DNA of 64,000 bases from Bdellovibrionales bacterium. GTDB lineage: Bacteria; Bdellovibrionota; Bdellovibrionia; Bdellovibrionales; Bdellovibrionaceae. The translations under genes and the position numbers were made by a program. This document shows positions 63,701 through 64,000 of the stretch, in pieces (position 1 is the stretch's first letter; every line of letters starts with the position of its first letter). Below the pieces are notes generated by a model. The model worked only from the letters and a program-made list of their open reading frames with translations, had not been told where the DNA came from and ran no database searches. The stretch is taken from the NCBI GenBank assembly GCA_031370005.1, contig JANMPT010000028.1, positions 128,001 through 192,000 of the forward strand, given 5' to 3'.

Positions 63701-64000
63701 AAGGTTTAAATAACTCTAGAGCCATCGCCTTAGGCAAGCCGCACTGATGAAGCTTCAAGGTAGGACCCACTACGATTACAGAGCGACCCGAGTAATCCAC
63801 ACGTTTTCCGAGAAGATTTTGACGGAAACGCCCCTGCTTACCTTTAAGCATGTCGGAAAGTGAGCGGAGAGGGCGCTTATTTGGACCAGTGAATGTTTTG
63901 CCGCGACGGCCATTGTCCAATAACGCATCCACAGCCTCTTGGAGCATGCGCTTTTCATTACGAATGATAATGTCTGGAGCATTTAGCTCTTGAAGGCGCT
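60711..64000 (-). CDS. rpoC: RNA polymerase beta' subunit, 3' part (start lies beyond window end)
   Basis: [17 protein letters not shown]; frame stays open to the window edge ([19 protein letters not shown]). Confidence 0.98.
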   Translation of the reverse strand, partial: RLQELNAPDIIIRNEKRMLQEAVDALLDNGRRGKTFTGPNKRPLRSLSDMLKGKQGRFRQNLLGKRVDYSGRSVIVVGPTLKLHQCGLPKAMALELFKPFVYNKLEEKGFSTTIKQSKKIVEQQAVEVWDILSDVVKEHPVLLNRAPTLHRLGIQAFEPVLHEGKAIQLHPLVCTAFNADFDGDQMAVHVPLSVEAQVEARVLMMSTNNILSPASGKPIINPSQDIILGMYWLTRSRPGAKGTGKIFSGVTEAQYAYETGLVDLQSTCKVRINGKLEETTVGRAILSDSVPREVPFNEVNLVMNKKQIAALIDKTFRLAGAKATCILADKIMELGFKYSTAAGMSICIDDMVIPVAKATLIGEAEKHVQEIQQQYDEGLITDGERYNKVVDIWAQTADRVAKEGMNAIEKQKFIIDGKETVGPSFNPIFIMADSGARGSANQIRQLGGMRGLMAKPSGEIIETPITANFREGLTVLQYFISTHGARKGLADTALKTANSGYLTRRLVDVAQDVVVSETDCGTTDGLEVTPLYEAGEIIQPIGERLLGRTALKDILDPYNNSVVIPANHEFTENDVKKVEGLGIDKVVIRSALTCQSLRGVCIRCYGRDLARGATVNMGETVGIIAAQSIGEPGTQLTMRTFHLGGAASRSVEQSVHTTRYDGTVKLTNVHAVSNRQGKLTVMNRNGEALVIDESGRERERFKLVYGAVLSFKEGEKIVKGSTVAEWDPYSNPIIAELTGKIAYQDIEEGATMTEQVDAVTGFATKVIIESKSSDVKPTVFLTDANTKPLILPGRDIPARYLIPVGAQLLVADGQEVHAGDVVAKMHREASKTKDITGGLPRVAELFEARKPKEAAIISEIDGYVTFGKDVKGKQRVIVTPEVGEQKEYLIPKGKHVAVREGEYVRAGEALMDGPTNPHDILSVLGEKALSAYLVNEIQEVYRLQGVGINDKHIEVIVRQMLRKVEVRDPGDTRFLAGEQVEKYAFEQEMKRVNSEGGQAATYAPLLLGITKVSLSTDSWISAASFQETTKVLTEAAINSRTDYLRGLKENIIMGRLIPAGTGLTSYKRWKVVVKEDDDVVFTAPLPGGVPVTAAP

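Noticed and set aside
43534..63982. Numerous antisense and alternate-frame ORFs, e.g. 53455-54051 and 50070-50474
   Set aside because: They shadow well-conserved genes on the opposite strand and have no motifs.
1..64000. CRISPR array, IS/transposase, integrase, rRNA
   Set aside because: No regularly spaced repeats, recombinase/transposase motifs or rRNA-like sequence seen.

Overview
Bacterial chromosome segment; gene content and protein style point to a Bdellovibrio-like predator (inference). Layout: (1) 1-11.9 kb core genes: partial topoisomerase VI B subunit, HNH nuclease, msrA, LTA-synthase-like sulfatase, bolA-grxD, D-2-hydroxyglutarate dehydrogenase-like gene facing serA, and a sigma54-regulator/cdsA-like/plsC-like/MBL/yihY operon. 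(2) An accessory island from about 11.9 to 28.8 kb. It starts at tRNA-Arg(UCU), which is preceded by an orphan 5' half-tRNA. It carries a c-type cytochrome, an AbiEi/AbiEii type IV toxin-antitoxin pair, two divergent heavy-metal RND operons (one has no adaptor and is led by a His/Cys-rich RPP-ending peptide; the other has a miniature adaptor), a DUF2127-like protein and a full-length tetrathionate hydrolase (TetH) homologue. (3) 28.8-43.5 kb: two-component system, polysaccharide deacetylase, LPS genes (manC, DegT-like, kdsA, gmhB, gmhA), TIGR03546/03545 pair, TlpA. (4) 43.5-64 kb: rpoC-str-S10-spc-alpha cluster lacking tuf, rplX, map and infA, with an EF-G whose domain IV loops are degenerate. 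All family assignments come from reading motifs by eye; no searches were run.
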